A stretch of 64,000 nucleotides of DNA, from positions 6,108,741 through 6,172,740 of the forward strand of contig OZ037768.1 of assembly GCA_964035545.1 (NCBI GenBank). The letters are read 5' to 3'. Both the position numbers and the translations under genes were made by a program. Source of the DNA: Bugula neritina (Eukaryota; Animalia; Bryozoa). The notes under the pieces are model-generated. The model saw only the letters and a program-made list of their open reading frames with translations, ran no database searches and was not told the origin of the DNA. This document shows positions 22,415-36,900 of the stretch, piece after piece. Position 1 is the stretch's first letter. Every line of letters starts with the position of its first letter.

Positions 22415-25400
22415 TTTATAATCAAATTCAAGAGTTATTAGCCATACAAATTTTTATTTATATAGTAATTGTTACATATATATTACTTTTATAAAATTCA
22501 GCTTTTGAGAAAACTGTTTTTCTAATTTATTTATTTTCAAAGAAAAGATCATACTAATTTTTATAATTTCCAAGAAGCCTTATATTTTTATATGTTTGTA
22601 ATAATGAAAAGTTTTTACTAGCCTGTATCATTAACCAAGACTCTGATTGAATCTAGTCCAACTAGGTTTCAGTTTAATCAATGTCTTTATGATCACATGT
22701 TTCAAGTTGTAATACAAGCTAATGCTTCACTTTAATGACAACATTCAGCAACATGGCTCAATAAAATTCTCAAATATTTACCGTTAGCTTTCATGAGAGA
22801 CTACAGAATTTTTTTTGTAAACTTTGCCAGCTAAGTATGGAGTGCCAAATGGTCGAAAATTCCCTTATTAACCTATCTCATATGCCTACAACAAAGTATC
22901 TGGCCATTATTCTCTCATATTCTCACAAAACGCTCTCACATGTCTATAATTTGCTCTCATACCCTTATTATTCATCCCCAAACTCTTATTTTTCTCTCTT
23001 ATATGCTCATTATTCAGTCCCATACCTCCTTTATAATTTTTTGACCATTTGGAACTCTGTAACTAACTAATTGAATTAACAATGAAATATTGTTATACCA
23101 AGCCTAATAATTATAAATAATTTACTTTATCCTAATTGTTTAATTGATTTAACATATGGGTTGTTCATAAATCAATGGAAGTCAAGAGTTCGTAATTGCT
23201 ACAGTGAAATATGTAATATACAATTATAATGTTATATTAGCCTACAGTATTATATTAATCATGATGCTTTTAATGAAGGCTATTGTCATATGTAAATATG
23301 GAGACGAAATGAATGCTGAATGGTTGACATGCACATTCATTATTGTGTGTTTGGACTGTAACAATCTCTTTGCTTGAACTACAATAATAAGCACATCTAT
23401 TGTCAGTTTATAATTTTAGTGTGAGGCTTTTAATTCAATAAAATTGTTAGTGATAAAAAATTCACTTAAACAGCCAAAATGTTACGAGCATTGCCTACCC
23501 TTCATCAATGGCAGCGCAAGATATATTAAATACAAGAGATTCTGTTGCTGAAACTCTACATGTTTGCATGTGGTTTGAATATTCACAACACATATAATAT
23601 ATGCAGAGACACTTTTAGTCATTGTATTGCAGTTTGGGTTTCCTATTATTAGTTTAGAATTGGGCAGAAAACTCCCATTGTTGAAATCATTCACTGGTTA
23701 TAGTAGAATGACTCTTGTGCACTTGTATTCCAAGCCGTGGTATCATATCCCTATATTTCAACTTGTTTTAATTTATAATTCAAGAGCAGTGTTTCTCAAT
23801 GTCAAAAAATAAATATTTCGAAAAGCTAATGATATACAATATTCTTCATCGCCTTTGAGCTAGCTAGTTAAGAAAAGCTGACAATCAAGCTTTATAATTT
23901 AGCCTGAACGTGTTGAATTATTTTGTTGATGTTCTAACAATATACTGGAGTGATTTTGCGTTAGCTGATGGTAAACAAACATACACTTCAACTGTATTGC
24001 TACATTTTAAAGAAATTATCTTGAGTAGGCTACAGTGGGAATTGTCTATACAATTGTCAACCTACTCCAATTCCAACAGCTTTTTTATTACACAAGTGCT
24101 AGAGGTGTCTAAAGATCAGAATATATGGCTCTGAAAGGTATCGCTAGTACAATTTTAACAAAGGGATTTTGCAATGAGATAACAAAATATGACAACTAGT
24201 TTATAAAGGTACTTAATGCTAATAAGCTAGTAGTGTGTACTTTATGGTGCCTTCTAATGCTATGTGAGTCATTCATGTCCATCATATACTGTGCTTGAAA
24301 CAGTATAGGGCATCAGCCTAAGGCTTACAAAATTTAGAACAAAGAATCTTATATCAACTAAAATTATACTGAAGTATACATAATTTTTATATGAACTCTT
24401 TGTTGAACTGTGGTATAGGCTTACCAGAATATAATTATATTATACTGTGGTATATAATATAAAATTATATTGTACTGTTTGTACATAACGTGGGGGGGGG
24501 GGCTTGAAAGCTCTTGATTCAACTGTACTGAATTACTCAAACTATTAAGTTAGTTCGTTAGATATAACCAGCACATTTAAGATGTAAATTTTATATGCAA
24601 TGTAGGCCTACCCTATGCAGGGTCTTTAAATAAGGTTGAACCCTGGATCTTGAGCTTCTACAGAAGCAACGTAATTAAATTGGGAATTCTAAAGATGACT
24701 ACCATTTTGGTTATGAAGCTAATTTGTTAAATTATACATAAGTTTTATTTCTTTTGAACCACATTTTGAAAAAAAATTTAAAATAATTATAGTATCTGGT
24801 ATGTGATATTTCAGGTTTCATTTACAGTTCCCAACTTTCATTTGCTTGTTTCCCTCATAGATACGCTCAAAAGTTTAATTTTCTCCTAACACACTATTAA
24901 TTAACCACCTATAAATTAACCAATAAATATATTGTTGTAAGTATAAAACTTATTCTTTAGAAAAGTACTGACACGAACATACACAAATGTTTTAAATAAA
25001 CAACATATAACAATTCTGTGGCTGCTTTATATGGTAGAAGCAGAAACTTGTTGAAAATAGAGCATGCATGCAATACACTGCATGACCATAAAGTTAGAAG
25101 TCTGACATATCAGTTTCCCCTGAATGTTCAAAATTCCCCAAAGGGGGAATTTTTTCCTGGTTGGGAATCCCTGATGGATATTATAATACACTCTATAATA
25201 TAGATATAGATATCATAGCTAACATATTATGACATTTTATCAACAGTTAATCTACTCAGATTTTAAAGACCTTAGACTGTTAAAAACATTAGCATATCTC
25301 TCAATATTGGCTACTAACTGTAGTACCATTACTAACTAATAGTACCACCACTAGGTAACAGTACTACTACTAACAACGTTCTAACAATATTACTGCCAAC

Positions 25401-25689
25401 TAACATTATTAGTACTAACTAATAGTACCACCAGTAACTAATAGTACCCCCACTAGCATCACTTAGGAGTGCAAAGTATCATCACTAGAGAGCATACAGA
25501 CATGCAATGTATGCATGTGTTTCACCTGTTAGCAAAGTACAAAAGCATTTGTGCAGTTATGTACAGATAAGATAGGTTGAACCTTTAAAGTTCAACCTAT
25601 ATTGACTTTTGGTTGTTATTACAACACAACTAATTGATTTTTCTAATCAATAATTGTACATGTGTGTACAATTATTTTTATAATTTAAG

Positions 25690-25868
25690 CATTGGCCAAG
25701 TATGACACATTTGTAAGGTCATGGGTTCAAATCCTGGCAAGGCCATTAGTGATTTCAAGGAGAGCATCTGATTACAACTGCTCGTGTTCAACAGCAAAAC
25801 TGCTCTCAACTCTGCTGTCACCAGTCTTTGACCCTTACAATCAGTAGTTTTCACCGACAAAGGCTTCA
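25690..25868 (+). mobile_element. Degenerate tRNA-derived SINE
   Basis: B-box-like GGTTCAAATCC followed by the AGGCCATTRGTGAT...AGGA-GGCA core shared with the copies at 49268, 58336 and 61931. Confidence 0.5.
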
Positions 25869-27560
25869 AATAAACTTGACCAATCAGGTCAATTCAAATG
25901 AATCAATATCAGTGCTATTACAATAGATAAATTTTATAGACCATGATTACAGAGTGCTTGATAGGGGAGGGGGTTCCCCATCATTAATCAATAGTTAATA
26001 TCTTCAGTATTATGCTTAATGTTACCTGCACATTTGACTCTTATTTGTCCAAACTAAAAGGCTAATGGGGTAAGTTACTAGCTAAATGATTAATTGCAAC
26101 ACCATAATCAGGTATAATAGCATATCATTTATATGCATATCACCTGTAATCATTTGATACAGGCGCAACAAGTTTCAAATTTAGCCTTAACTTTGTATAT
26201 AGTAAAAGAAATCCAATATGAAAACAACCAGAACAAATTGTTTGCAGTAAATTTTACTGTGTGCTATAAGATGTGACCAATTGATTTTGGCAGTTTTTGT
26301 TACTATCATTTAAGGAACATTGAAAACACACTATAATATGTCTAGAGAGGAACGTGGAAAACACACAGCATGTCTGGATATTCAAAACTGAGATTGACTG
26401 AGCAGTTTAGAAACACTCACTTTAAACGAAATTTAACCAACAACTTTTCACCCAATTTCTATTGAACATACAAGCTTCGCCAGCAAAAACAGCATTAAAT
26501 TGAGACATGTTGCCAGCTAAATGTGTTTTCATCATGATTCTGTTTTTGTTACGTCCAGTTTTACCAGAAAGACTGAAGACAAGCATTATGTGTGAAGAAG
26601 CTCAAAGCAATGGTGGCATAGCAGCATTAGTACTCATATAAACCAATAAAAATATCTAAGTATGCATGCTGAATACACTTCGATCAGCTAATCTGAAACT
26701 GTTTACTAGCGTTTTCTGCAGATTACCTGTATAGACTTCCTGGGACCTAAAACTTAAAAACCCAAATCAATTGAAAACTAGTTGTTCCTTGTTAGCCATA
26801 AACTTGTAAAGGGTTAATCTTTGGTGAAAATCCTTTGTTACACACATGTATATGTTGAAATGCTCAATTACTATTCAACATAAATAAAATTATCATGATG
26901 TTTAAAATTCAAAATTATTCTGAAGTTGTCACTCAAGTGCAGTTGGTGTTATAAGCCCTTGAAGATACGCTACTCAATCCCATTAATATGCTCAGTATCC
27001 GTCTATAATTATACAAGTTTAGTAACTAGCTATTCTCAGCACCTAATGATTCATTAAAAACAGGTATCTGTGTTTTATAAAAAGATTAAGAATCCAGTAT
27101 ATGCCATAATACTTTCAAATTAAACACACGCCTTTATGATCTATGACTTATCACACATTGCTATCTCATTTATGAGAAATATTTATATCTCTTGACATGT
27201 TGATATCTCTATTGCACTTTTTTATCTTTATCATTTTATTGCATGCCTACAGTTCCCAAGCAACAACTTTGGCCTAAAATTAGCTATTTCAAGCAGCACT
27301 TAAAAAGTATAGTTCAAGTTGCAATAAGCTGGCAAACATTGTGATGGCCGTGACATGCATCATGTTACTCCTTCCCTGGATCGCCTTTGGACAATAGTCT
27401 TTTGACTGTTCTACAAACACACCGGCTACGCAAATTCTTGTCTCAACTAACATCATTTTTATTCATGCGGCGTGGCGGCAATCTAGGATGCCGCACACTC
27501 TACCCTGCGAAATGGCGGCCTTCACTGCAGCTAGTTGTCGGCAAGACAACCGAACCCGTT

Positions 27561-27615
27561 TGGCCAATCAGAATTAAGCTCCCTTATATAAGCAGGGCAC
27601 TCTGTGCGCCCAGTG
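27561..27615 (+). promoter_or_regulatory. CCAAT + TATA + Inr-like core promoter in a GC-richer, LTR-like segment upstream of MOV10-like B
   Basis: GGCCAATCAG (CCAAT at 27564), TATATAAG (27585), CCAGT about 27 nt further downstream. Confidence 0.4.
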
Positions 27616-27932
27616 ACACTTAGCTAGTAGGATTACTAGTGTATGGTTCTGTTATTATATGTTACTGTCTTTTACCCTGGTACTTTTACATTGTTGAGTA
27701 CTTCAAATATAGTTTATTCTCACAAGAATCACGCACAGTTCTCTTTTTTGGATAAACACAAAGAGTTATGTTCTAGCTTCTCACACGCATAAACCTACAC
27801 TTATTATAGTTATTCACCCAAAACTACGGCAATGTATCTAACCACTTATGCGTGTAAAATAATATGGCTAAAGTGCCGGCCTAGCGTTGTAGCAGTAATA
27901 TTATTGTAATCAGGTCTGAAACCATTTTGTAG

Positions 27933-30900
27933 GCCTCCTTTAGAAATTATAGCAAAGGTGAATGGCTGGCTTTATCCGGATATAAAGATTAATTTGGTTG
28001 GTGATGAGGCTAAGACATACCATGTAGAGTACAAAATCACTAACCAATCAGAAGAAACATTTCAGTTTATTTCCTGTAAGCATGGATACAGAGGAGATCA
28101 AGTTAATGTGAGTCTCAGAGACGAGTTCAACGTTACTAAAGGCTCTGTGCATTTCCTCCAACCTTCAGGTAACTAAAGTTTTTAGATAGATGCATCTCTT
28201 GGTTAAACATTCGGGATTATTTCACATGGTTATTGACTTTTACATTCAAGTGATTTACTGCTTGCACATTTGCAAAGTACTGATTTATGTTTAAATTTAA
28301 ATATAGTTAAAATGCCATTTAATCAAACTTAAGATTTAAAGTGACATTTTCTAATATCTAATATTCTTCAAGATGTTGCTAATACAGAGGACTGCAACAG
28401 AAGCAATTCTGTAAAATTTTGTGTTGTTTTATTTATTGTAATGTAGGGAAGGGCAGGGCTATAGTTGAACCAAAAATTTCGTTTTTGAACACAAGTTCTG
28501 AAGAAATTTTTTGCCAATGAAACTTGATCATATGTTGCTGTTTTTTCTCAGTAAAACTAAATACATAAGCATTTTACTCGCTAGGATAGAGCTAATTTTC
28601 TGACTGTAGGTTTTCTGGCACAACTGCTGGTAGGGAGCAGGTTGAACCACCTGTGTGAAAGTTGAACCAGTGCCATTTATCCTATGATATTAATTGTTTT
28701 ATCTCTTTTGCAAGCTAAAACACGATTTATTAAAGATTATTAATAAAAATAATGAATAAAAATCAGAATAAATTGGCATAAACAAAAACAAAAACTCTAA
28801 ATGTGATCTGTCATTGTAACCATTTAACATCTCAAAGATAGGTGATGCAGAAGACGCTTTAAAACCAAAGCAGTAGTAGCAAACTGGTGAGAAAGGCTCA
28901 GAAAGCTTTCAAATGTTGTTTTCTTTTAATTCATCTATAAATGAGTTACATATATTATAAAGTGGGGTTCTCTCATATAACATCAGAAATTACACAGCAT
29001 GGTTGAGCATAACCAAAGTTTTTAGAGGGCTGTTTAACGATTCGAGATCTTTACTTAATACCAGATGATTTACGCTGCACTGCCTTGCTTTACCATATTC
29101 ATTGCTGTATAGTTAAACTTCCCTAATCTGTTCCCCTGTTTGTTTTTAGTATGTAATTTTTCACCGTTCTGAAAATATTTGCATATTAGTTTGATTGCAC
29201 CGTTGACCTACATTTTCATTTGGTCTATTTGGTGTATGTTTGGATTTTTATTGATGGCAGAAAGACTTTAATTAAGAAAAATATAAACTTAAATCTAAAA
29301 GCTGGTGTGCCCAATTATAATTAACATAGTGAAAATAATTAGTGGGGTAAGTTGTACCTGGTTCAACTCGCCCCACTTCTTATGTGGTTCAATTAACCCC
29401 ACACTGTCATGCTACAAATTATTGTAAATATCTGCTGTGAGTGAAATATTTCTGCAACTTTAGGTTATTGCCCAGCATTGAGATCATGTTGAAAATACAT
29501 GCCTGAATTTATTTGACTGGACTCTTAAAATTTGAGAAGTTATGCAACTCTTCATAAAAAACAAATTTTTAGTTTCCTCATTTTTTATGCATAAAATGTG
29601 AAAAATACTTGCTCACCTGAAAACTTCTGCTTTGATTTTATATATTTCTATATGTCTAGTAATTCACCTAAAACGCTCTTAAGTAAAGGAGGTAAAATAA
29701 TGCAATGATTGAAAGGAAAAAAATTATAACATGCGGTTCAACTAGCCCCATGGTTCAACTATCTCCACTCTCCCCTATTTGCATCTCCTGGCTTAGTGCA
29801 AGAGCTTATATGCCAACAAAAATTAATTATATTATAAACATATAAATCATTTTCAGAAACTGTCCAATTAAAAATTTAAAAAATTTGGATAGCTTGTAGT
29901 ACCTTTGCTTTACCAAAAAGAGCATACTTAATGTAACAATTACAATCTACACCTGCCAACCTAAAGTTACATGTATCAAAGTTTGAATGCTTCTTTTACA
30001 TAGAGCGTCATTTAAGCATTTGGGAAGACAAATCTCAAAATTAGTAAATACCTGAATGATGGCCTTTGCAGAAAAAACACTTTCTTGGTCCTTTGACCTT
30101 ATAAGAAATATGAAATTATTCTCTCCACTCTGCCTGTAAACATTTAAAGCAGCATTCCTCATATCAAGCAGCCATAAAAGAACCTATTGACCTATATAAA
30201 TTATGTGAGAGTTGATTTCACATTTAAAGCTATAATAATTATATAAACATTTTTTTTTAAAATGAGAAGACAATAAGTTGAAATAAACATGCATCTTCTT
30301 TTGGCCAAGTTGACCCATCAAATAGATTTAGAACTCCAGTTACTTATAACTGCAGATGTAGGAATTTTAATTTAGTTTATATAACTGTATGTAAACTTTG
30401 ATGGACTATATACACAGTGTGATTGTGATTATTGTTTTTGCTGTACAATAGAACTATGTTTTACACCAGGACTTAGATGACAGGCCCTTAACACTTTCTA
30501 ACAGATTATCTTCAAGATATTTGTTTAAAGTTATCTTTAATTATTTGTAGTTAGATGCTTGACCTGTTTCTAAGTTTAAGAAATATGACATAACTATGCA
30601 CATAACATAACATGGTTTACATTCAGTTAAAGCTGTAAGAGCTTTGTAATTCAGACATTTGATTATGCAGCCAAATTGTGCATTTATTTTTTGCAGGGTC
30701 TTGCTGGGTGAAAGTAAAACTTACACCAAAAATAGTGTGTGGCATTTATTTGCACATTGCTTTTAAGTTTGCTAAGAGAGGCGATGGTAGAGGAGGAGAT
30801 GAAGGTGAATTAAAGATTATAAGAGATATTGTTTATGATTGTGTTTCTTTGAATGATGCTCAGACTTTCGAAGTTTTGGGTGAGGAAGAGGCCGTGGAAT

Positions 30901-33900
30901 CTGATGAAGAAAATGAAGAATTGTATGATGATCTCGAACTGATTAAATTTGAAGCCAATTGGTGAGTGTTTTACACTCTTTAGATTTTTAGAATTTAGAA
31001 TAGTAATGCTATACAATGAAGAAGCAAAAGCAGGCACAAACATTTAAACGTTCTCAAAGTTTGACTCGCACACACACACGCACACGCGCACGCACAGATA
31101 TATACTATATCGGATAAAATTGGAATCACTTATTTAGATGACTATACAAATTTGTTTCGTATAATAAAGTATACTTATCGGGTCGTTACGGTTAAGTTAT
31201 ATATATATTATATATATGTGTGTGTGTGCGTGCGTGCGTGCGTGTGTATATATATATGTATATATGTATATATGTACATATATATATGTATATATGTATA
31301 TATATATGTATATATATATATATAAAAGGTATTAACACTTTACTTCATTAAAATCATTGTTTTGTTTTGTCATAGGAAATCGGAGTTGGAGAGTTCTCTT
31401 CCCTTAGATGATTACTCTGTTCCAACAAATGTTAAACGGTTAATTCAAATGAAACACAGTCAAGGAAAAGTGGAAATGATGAGGTAAAAGTTATACTATT
31501 GATCTTAAGCTAACAAAATGACTGCAATAATATGTTGTAAGACGTTTTTTGGGTGTGACTTTAGGCTTTAATATGCTTTAATATCCTGATCTAATATTAT
31601 GTATAAGTCAAATTTTCATATCATATATTTCAAACTTACTCCAAGTTACCATTTATGCTGCATGCACTAGCTAAAACTAGCCAAATACTAAAACATTTGG
31701 TAATCAGCACAGCTAAATATTGTACCATGCAACAATTTATTGAAAAACTAAACTCTTTATTTATTTTGAAAAATCAGTTTAAAATTTAAAGTACAGCAAA
31801 CGGAAACAAAACAAAACAAAACAAACCTTACAAAAGCTCTGCCGAAATATTAAGACTACCAAAAAATTTATTTTAAGTTTTGAATAAATCGTACCTTTTT
31901 TTGTAATTTCTGACAATTAGAAATATTCTACTAAATAGGGAAGCTCTGGACATATTTTCTTTGACGTATGAAAACTACAACACCTTTTTCCGGGATATGC
32001 TTCATCTGGAAGAAGTACAACAATGGAAAGATGTAAGGAATTATACAATAAAAAAAGCTGTTTTATTCAAAGACCGGAAATCAGATCCTAATGGTAACAC
32101 AAGATTTAAATTAAGGGTAGGTTTGATAAACAAACTACTTTCTCTTGTTTTAAAAAAAATGGTAATAACTTAAAAACATTAAATATTGCTTACATAAGTT
32201 AGTCTTAGTTTCAAGTTGTGTTAAAAATGCTGTGACTCAACAATTTTGGCAACCTAGTTATGTTTTACAATTTAAATTTGCAATGACCTTCAATCAATGT
32301 TACTTTTTAGATACCAGGGCTGGCTGAGAAGAGACCTTCCGTGTTACGTGGAGACAGATTGCATGTCGCACCACGGCCTCCAGACGAGTTCAAATATGAA
32401 GGATTGGTAAATGATACCTCCTTGAATGATGCTTATCTTGTTTTCAATCCAAGGTGTGCATTTCTATTTTACTTATACATTATACATATACATATACATT
32501 ATATACATATACATCAGTTGAGTTACAGAAATATGATTTTAATAATTGTATGTTTGCTGTGTGAGTACCTTAGTTATGAATCAATTAATGTGCAACGTAC
32601 AGCTGTTAATAATTTGCTCTGTAGTCCAATCACAAAGTCACTTTTATCTTAATAATATAATAAGCTGTTTCCATAGACAAAATGCAAATTTTTTCATCTA
32701 AAACTGCAATTGGTAGATATATTACTTTCCATTCGAAACATATAAGGAAAAAGGTATATGCAGTGATGGAGAAATTGAAAAATTAAGTCTGTGTTCTAGA
32801 TGGGAAATGTAGCAAAGAAGGTTATGTCTTTGCAAGAATTTCAGCCGTCACCCTAAACAAAATTTTGTAAAAAAATAGACTAAAACACCTTGGGCTATTG
32901 AAATTTCTCTACTACTACACCTAAATTTTGTTTTATAATATTTAATTTTCAGTCATTGTACCACGATGCACTACAGATGCTAAATTTTTAGGCTAGTATG
33001 AGTTGGAAAATCTTAATAAATAAGATTTGATAGTTTGAGCTTTAAAATATTTCGTCATATAACACTATAATATCGTATTGCAAATTAATACTACGTCACT
33101 TTATGCAATAGATTTGAGCAAGATATTGATGTGGATTACCGAAAGGAATTTCGAATTGAGTTCACAATTGATCGCCTGAGCTTGAGAATAATGCACAGAG
33201 CAGTAGATATCATGAAAACAGATGAAAGTTACCGAGATGTTCTGTTTCCCAACCTGACTGGTTTAATCTCTATGAGAAACCCAGACACTTTAGACATCAA
33301 GTATGTAAAGTTTATCATATTTCATTTAATACAATCATGGTGCTTACCAATCCTAAAAATATGCTTATTTACAAGAAAATCTTTTAAATTATTGTCTACA
33401 TTCTTACTGTCAACTTGTAACTGTTTTTTGTGAACTTTTTAAGTGTTGTACTTATAAAAATAGTAAACTTGGCTTTACAAATAACTTCTGCTAAGTAATT
33501 GCAACCAAATTTTAAAAGTGCATTTATATTTTCACTGTACTTTTTTCAGAAAAAGGTGTAAACACATCTTTAAACAGGCTGTGCATGAACTTGTATTTAA
33601 AAGTAACCAATGACTCTTTTAACAATTATGATATTGTATTATGTGTATTTGATTAACATATCATATTAATAATAGTTTCTATTTAAAAAATTTCTAATCT
33701 TATGAATTTCTACTGTGTGCTCAGATGCTTTGAAGAACTTATCGAGGAAAACCCAGAACAGCTGAGAGCAGTCAAGCATATAGTTTGTGGGACATCTCAG
33801 CCCGCCCCCTACCTTATATATGGTCCTCCGGGTACTGGCAAAACTACAACTCTTGTAGAGGCAATTAAACAGGTATCTTAAATATCAGCTTAGAAAGTTG

Positions 33901-36900
33901 CTCAAAATAAACTTGACTTTAAAATTTTATACCTTTGAGTGTAGTGTTCATCACATGTATGCTAAGCCATAATGCAAACTGAGCATAACATTTATATGAA
34001 CATTTTTTCACAAAATGGCATTATAATTTTATCTTCAGCCATCTATAGATTATGTGCTCTTATGGCAAAGTGCCATGATGTGGAATTTTTTATGTTTACT
34101 TTTTACTAAAATAGTTTTCTGCTACAAGTGTAGCTTCGAGTCTAAGCAGTTTTATTTCAACTGATGTGTGATAATTTAGTTCATATGTCTGAAAGTATAA
34201 CTATTTTGATTGCAATTTTGTCAAAGTTTGTACTTTTGCGTCTCAAACAAAACTTTACAGTTTTGATATCACAAGCACTTGCTCTCAAAAACTAGAGTAT
34301 GTTTTTAGATTATTTGAATACTAATCATTGGACATTTTAATACACAAAAAATACACAATAAAGCAAATATTTAATTATATTAATTGTTCTGTAATGTAAA
34401 CTCCTTTTACAGTACCATTGGTGTTACCTACACAGCTATGCCTTTGTACGTAAATTTTTACAACAAATTTTTGAGCTTTACAAAATATTTCCTGTTTGTC
34501 TTGACATGTAATTTATATTTATTTTTATACTTGAAACAGTAAATAAAATTAAACTTTGTAAATTCTCAACATGGCTTTTGTTGTAAGCACATGTGTCACA
34601 ACTCCAAACTTGAAGTTCCGTAGAAACTAAAGAGCGGTAAGTGTGACATGTTTTTCTTCTATTGTTTCAGGTCTGCAAAGATAATCCCAAGAGTAGGATT
34701 TTAGCCTGTGCTCCTCAAAATGATGCTGCCGACTTGATAGCTGAGCACCTCCTTGATCATGTGCACACAGATTCTATTCTCCGATTCAATGCGGTGTCTA
34801 GGAGCTATCTTAGCATGAGTGAAGAGGTAGATTGATCATTTTACTTAATTTAGTACACACTCAATACCTCTAGCTTTTAGCTATTTTTTACAATTTACTT
34901 GCTATTTCATATGGGTTTTTGTTCTAAACTAATAAAATGCTAACAAATACAACCAACTAATCAAAGTTCACTTTAATGAATTTGCTTGATTTCTTATGAT
35001 TTTTCCTAGTTATTTTGTCAATTCGGGTTTGTGGACCATGATGAAAAAAACATCACGGTCCACACATATCTATTTAGCTACTAGGACAATGACATTGCAC
35101 TATAATGTTGCAGGACTCGTCTCACAGCCTTTGTTTACTATGCATAGTTACCCTGTATAGTAAATTTTCATGAATTTTGAGCAAACTTCAAATTTTGATC
35201 TTAACTTGCTGATATGTACTAAATAAAGTAAACTGACCCAGATAGCTGTAGACCAAAGAGCAATGGTCATCTATAAGTTTACCAACACGTCTCCTGTTCC
35301 CTATATTCATAGAAAATCTAATGAATAATTTGGAATTGCAAATTATCCTAAGCTGTACTTATCATTAATACTTAATATAATGCAGCAGTGAAGAAATTTA
35401 CAGTAGGAAAGAATATAATTATGTGATATAGAAAATAATAATAATGTTGAATGTCTTACAGATTGTAAACAGCGTAAACTTAGGTTTTGACTATTATTTC
35501 TATTATGTTGTGTTGACAAACCACTTGGGGCGTGGAGGGTGAAACAAATACATATACATGTGCATTTTATGTAATAATACTATTATTATGTAGAATGTAT
35601 ATATATATATAAATATACACATGCACGCACGCACGTACGTATATTTACGTTGCTTATTTGCTAGATCTTTGTTAGCCGTATATAAGTGTATATAAGTGTA
35701 TATAAGTCATATATTACAGAACTGTTGCAGATGTTACAAATGTTGCAGATTCTAAGTATTTCGAATTATAATCGAGATAGAGAAGTGGTGACTTATCCTT
35801 CCAAATCAAAGATAAAAGAGAAGCAAATAGTAGTGGCTACTCTTGTATCCAGTGGAAGGTTCGTTATCTTGCGTTATATGAACTGTGCAGTGAGTTAGTG
35901 TGATCAGTGAATAATTGATTGATTTGTAATTAAAGCTTGGTGCTAGATATTCTAAGTATAATAAATTATATGGATGAACTTTTTATCAATAGTCTCTTTA
36001 GCTGAATGTAAACTTTCGATAATGGCTCTTATTTTTATTATCATTATTGGCTAAAATATTGTTTAGTTTTATTTTTCACAGACTTGTGTCAGCACAGTTG
36101 AATGACCACTTCACTCATCTGTTTATTGATGAAGCTGGGTTTGCCACTGAACCAGAGACTGTTATACCTCTTGCGTTACTAGATCCCAGGAAAGGTCAGC
36201 TGGTGTTAGCTGGGGATCCTGAACAGCTTGGCCCTATTCTCAGATCTTCAATATCAAAAGACTATGGCTTTGGTAGAGTTGATATTAGTCACTTTTCATA
36301 TAATTCAATTTAGTTTATTGTGAAACTTAAATGCATTGTGTGATAATATCATTTAGGTGCAGTATTAGAGAAATTGAAGTAGCCCAAGTTCTTTAATTTT
36401 CCTTATAAATTCTGGTTTGGGGTGCGGGTTGAACATAACTTCTTTTGCTACATTTCTAATCTAGAACACAGGCTTTTTTCAATTTCTACATTACTGTACC
36501 TTCCTCGATAAAACTCTATAGTTGTGAGAACTTTGAGTTTGATTCTTTAAGGCACAAGCCTGTTGGAAAGGCTGATGGCTATGAAAATGGGACTCTACTC
36601 CAAAACCGAAAGTTACAATCCAGACTTTGTCACTAAGCTAGTTCGAAATTTCAGATCTCACCCAGAAATCTTTAAAATACCCAATGAACTGTTTTATGAT
36701 GGAGAGTTGACAGCTCATGCAGATGAAGTTGAGAGAGAGATTCTTTGTGATTGGAAGGTATTAAACTGTTACTTTGCAAAAATTTAAATGTCAACTGCTT
36801 TGCCTCATAATATGCGTGAACCATTTTTTCTTGGGAATGCTGTTTATTGTAAGAATGTACAGCAGTCTCATATGTTTTTATTAAACAACATTTTTGCCTT

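Noticed and set aside
23788-25173. hAT-like element bounded by CAGTGTTTCTCAA and TTGGGAATCCCTG
   Set aside because: The ends match only loosely and there is no 8-bp TSD; this also weakens the kB reading of 25143-25172.
25572-25600. Perfect 11-bp hairpin ATAGGTTGAAC...GTTCAACCTAT
   Set aside because: Isolated; probably a transposon remnant with no supporting context.
29947-30162. 71-aa minus-strand ORF, faintly like a LINE ORF2 C-terminus
   Set aside because: Too degenerate to support without a profile search.
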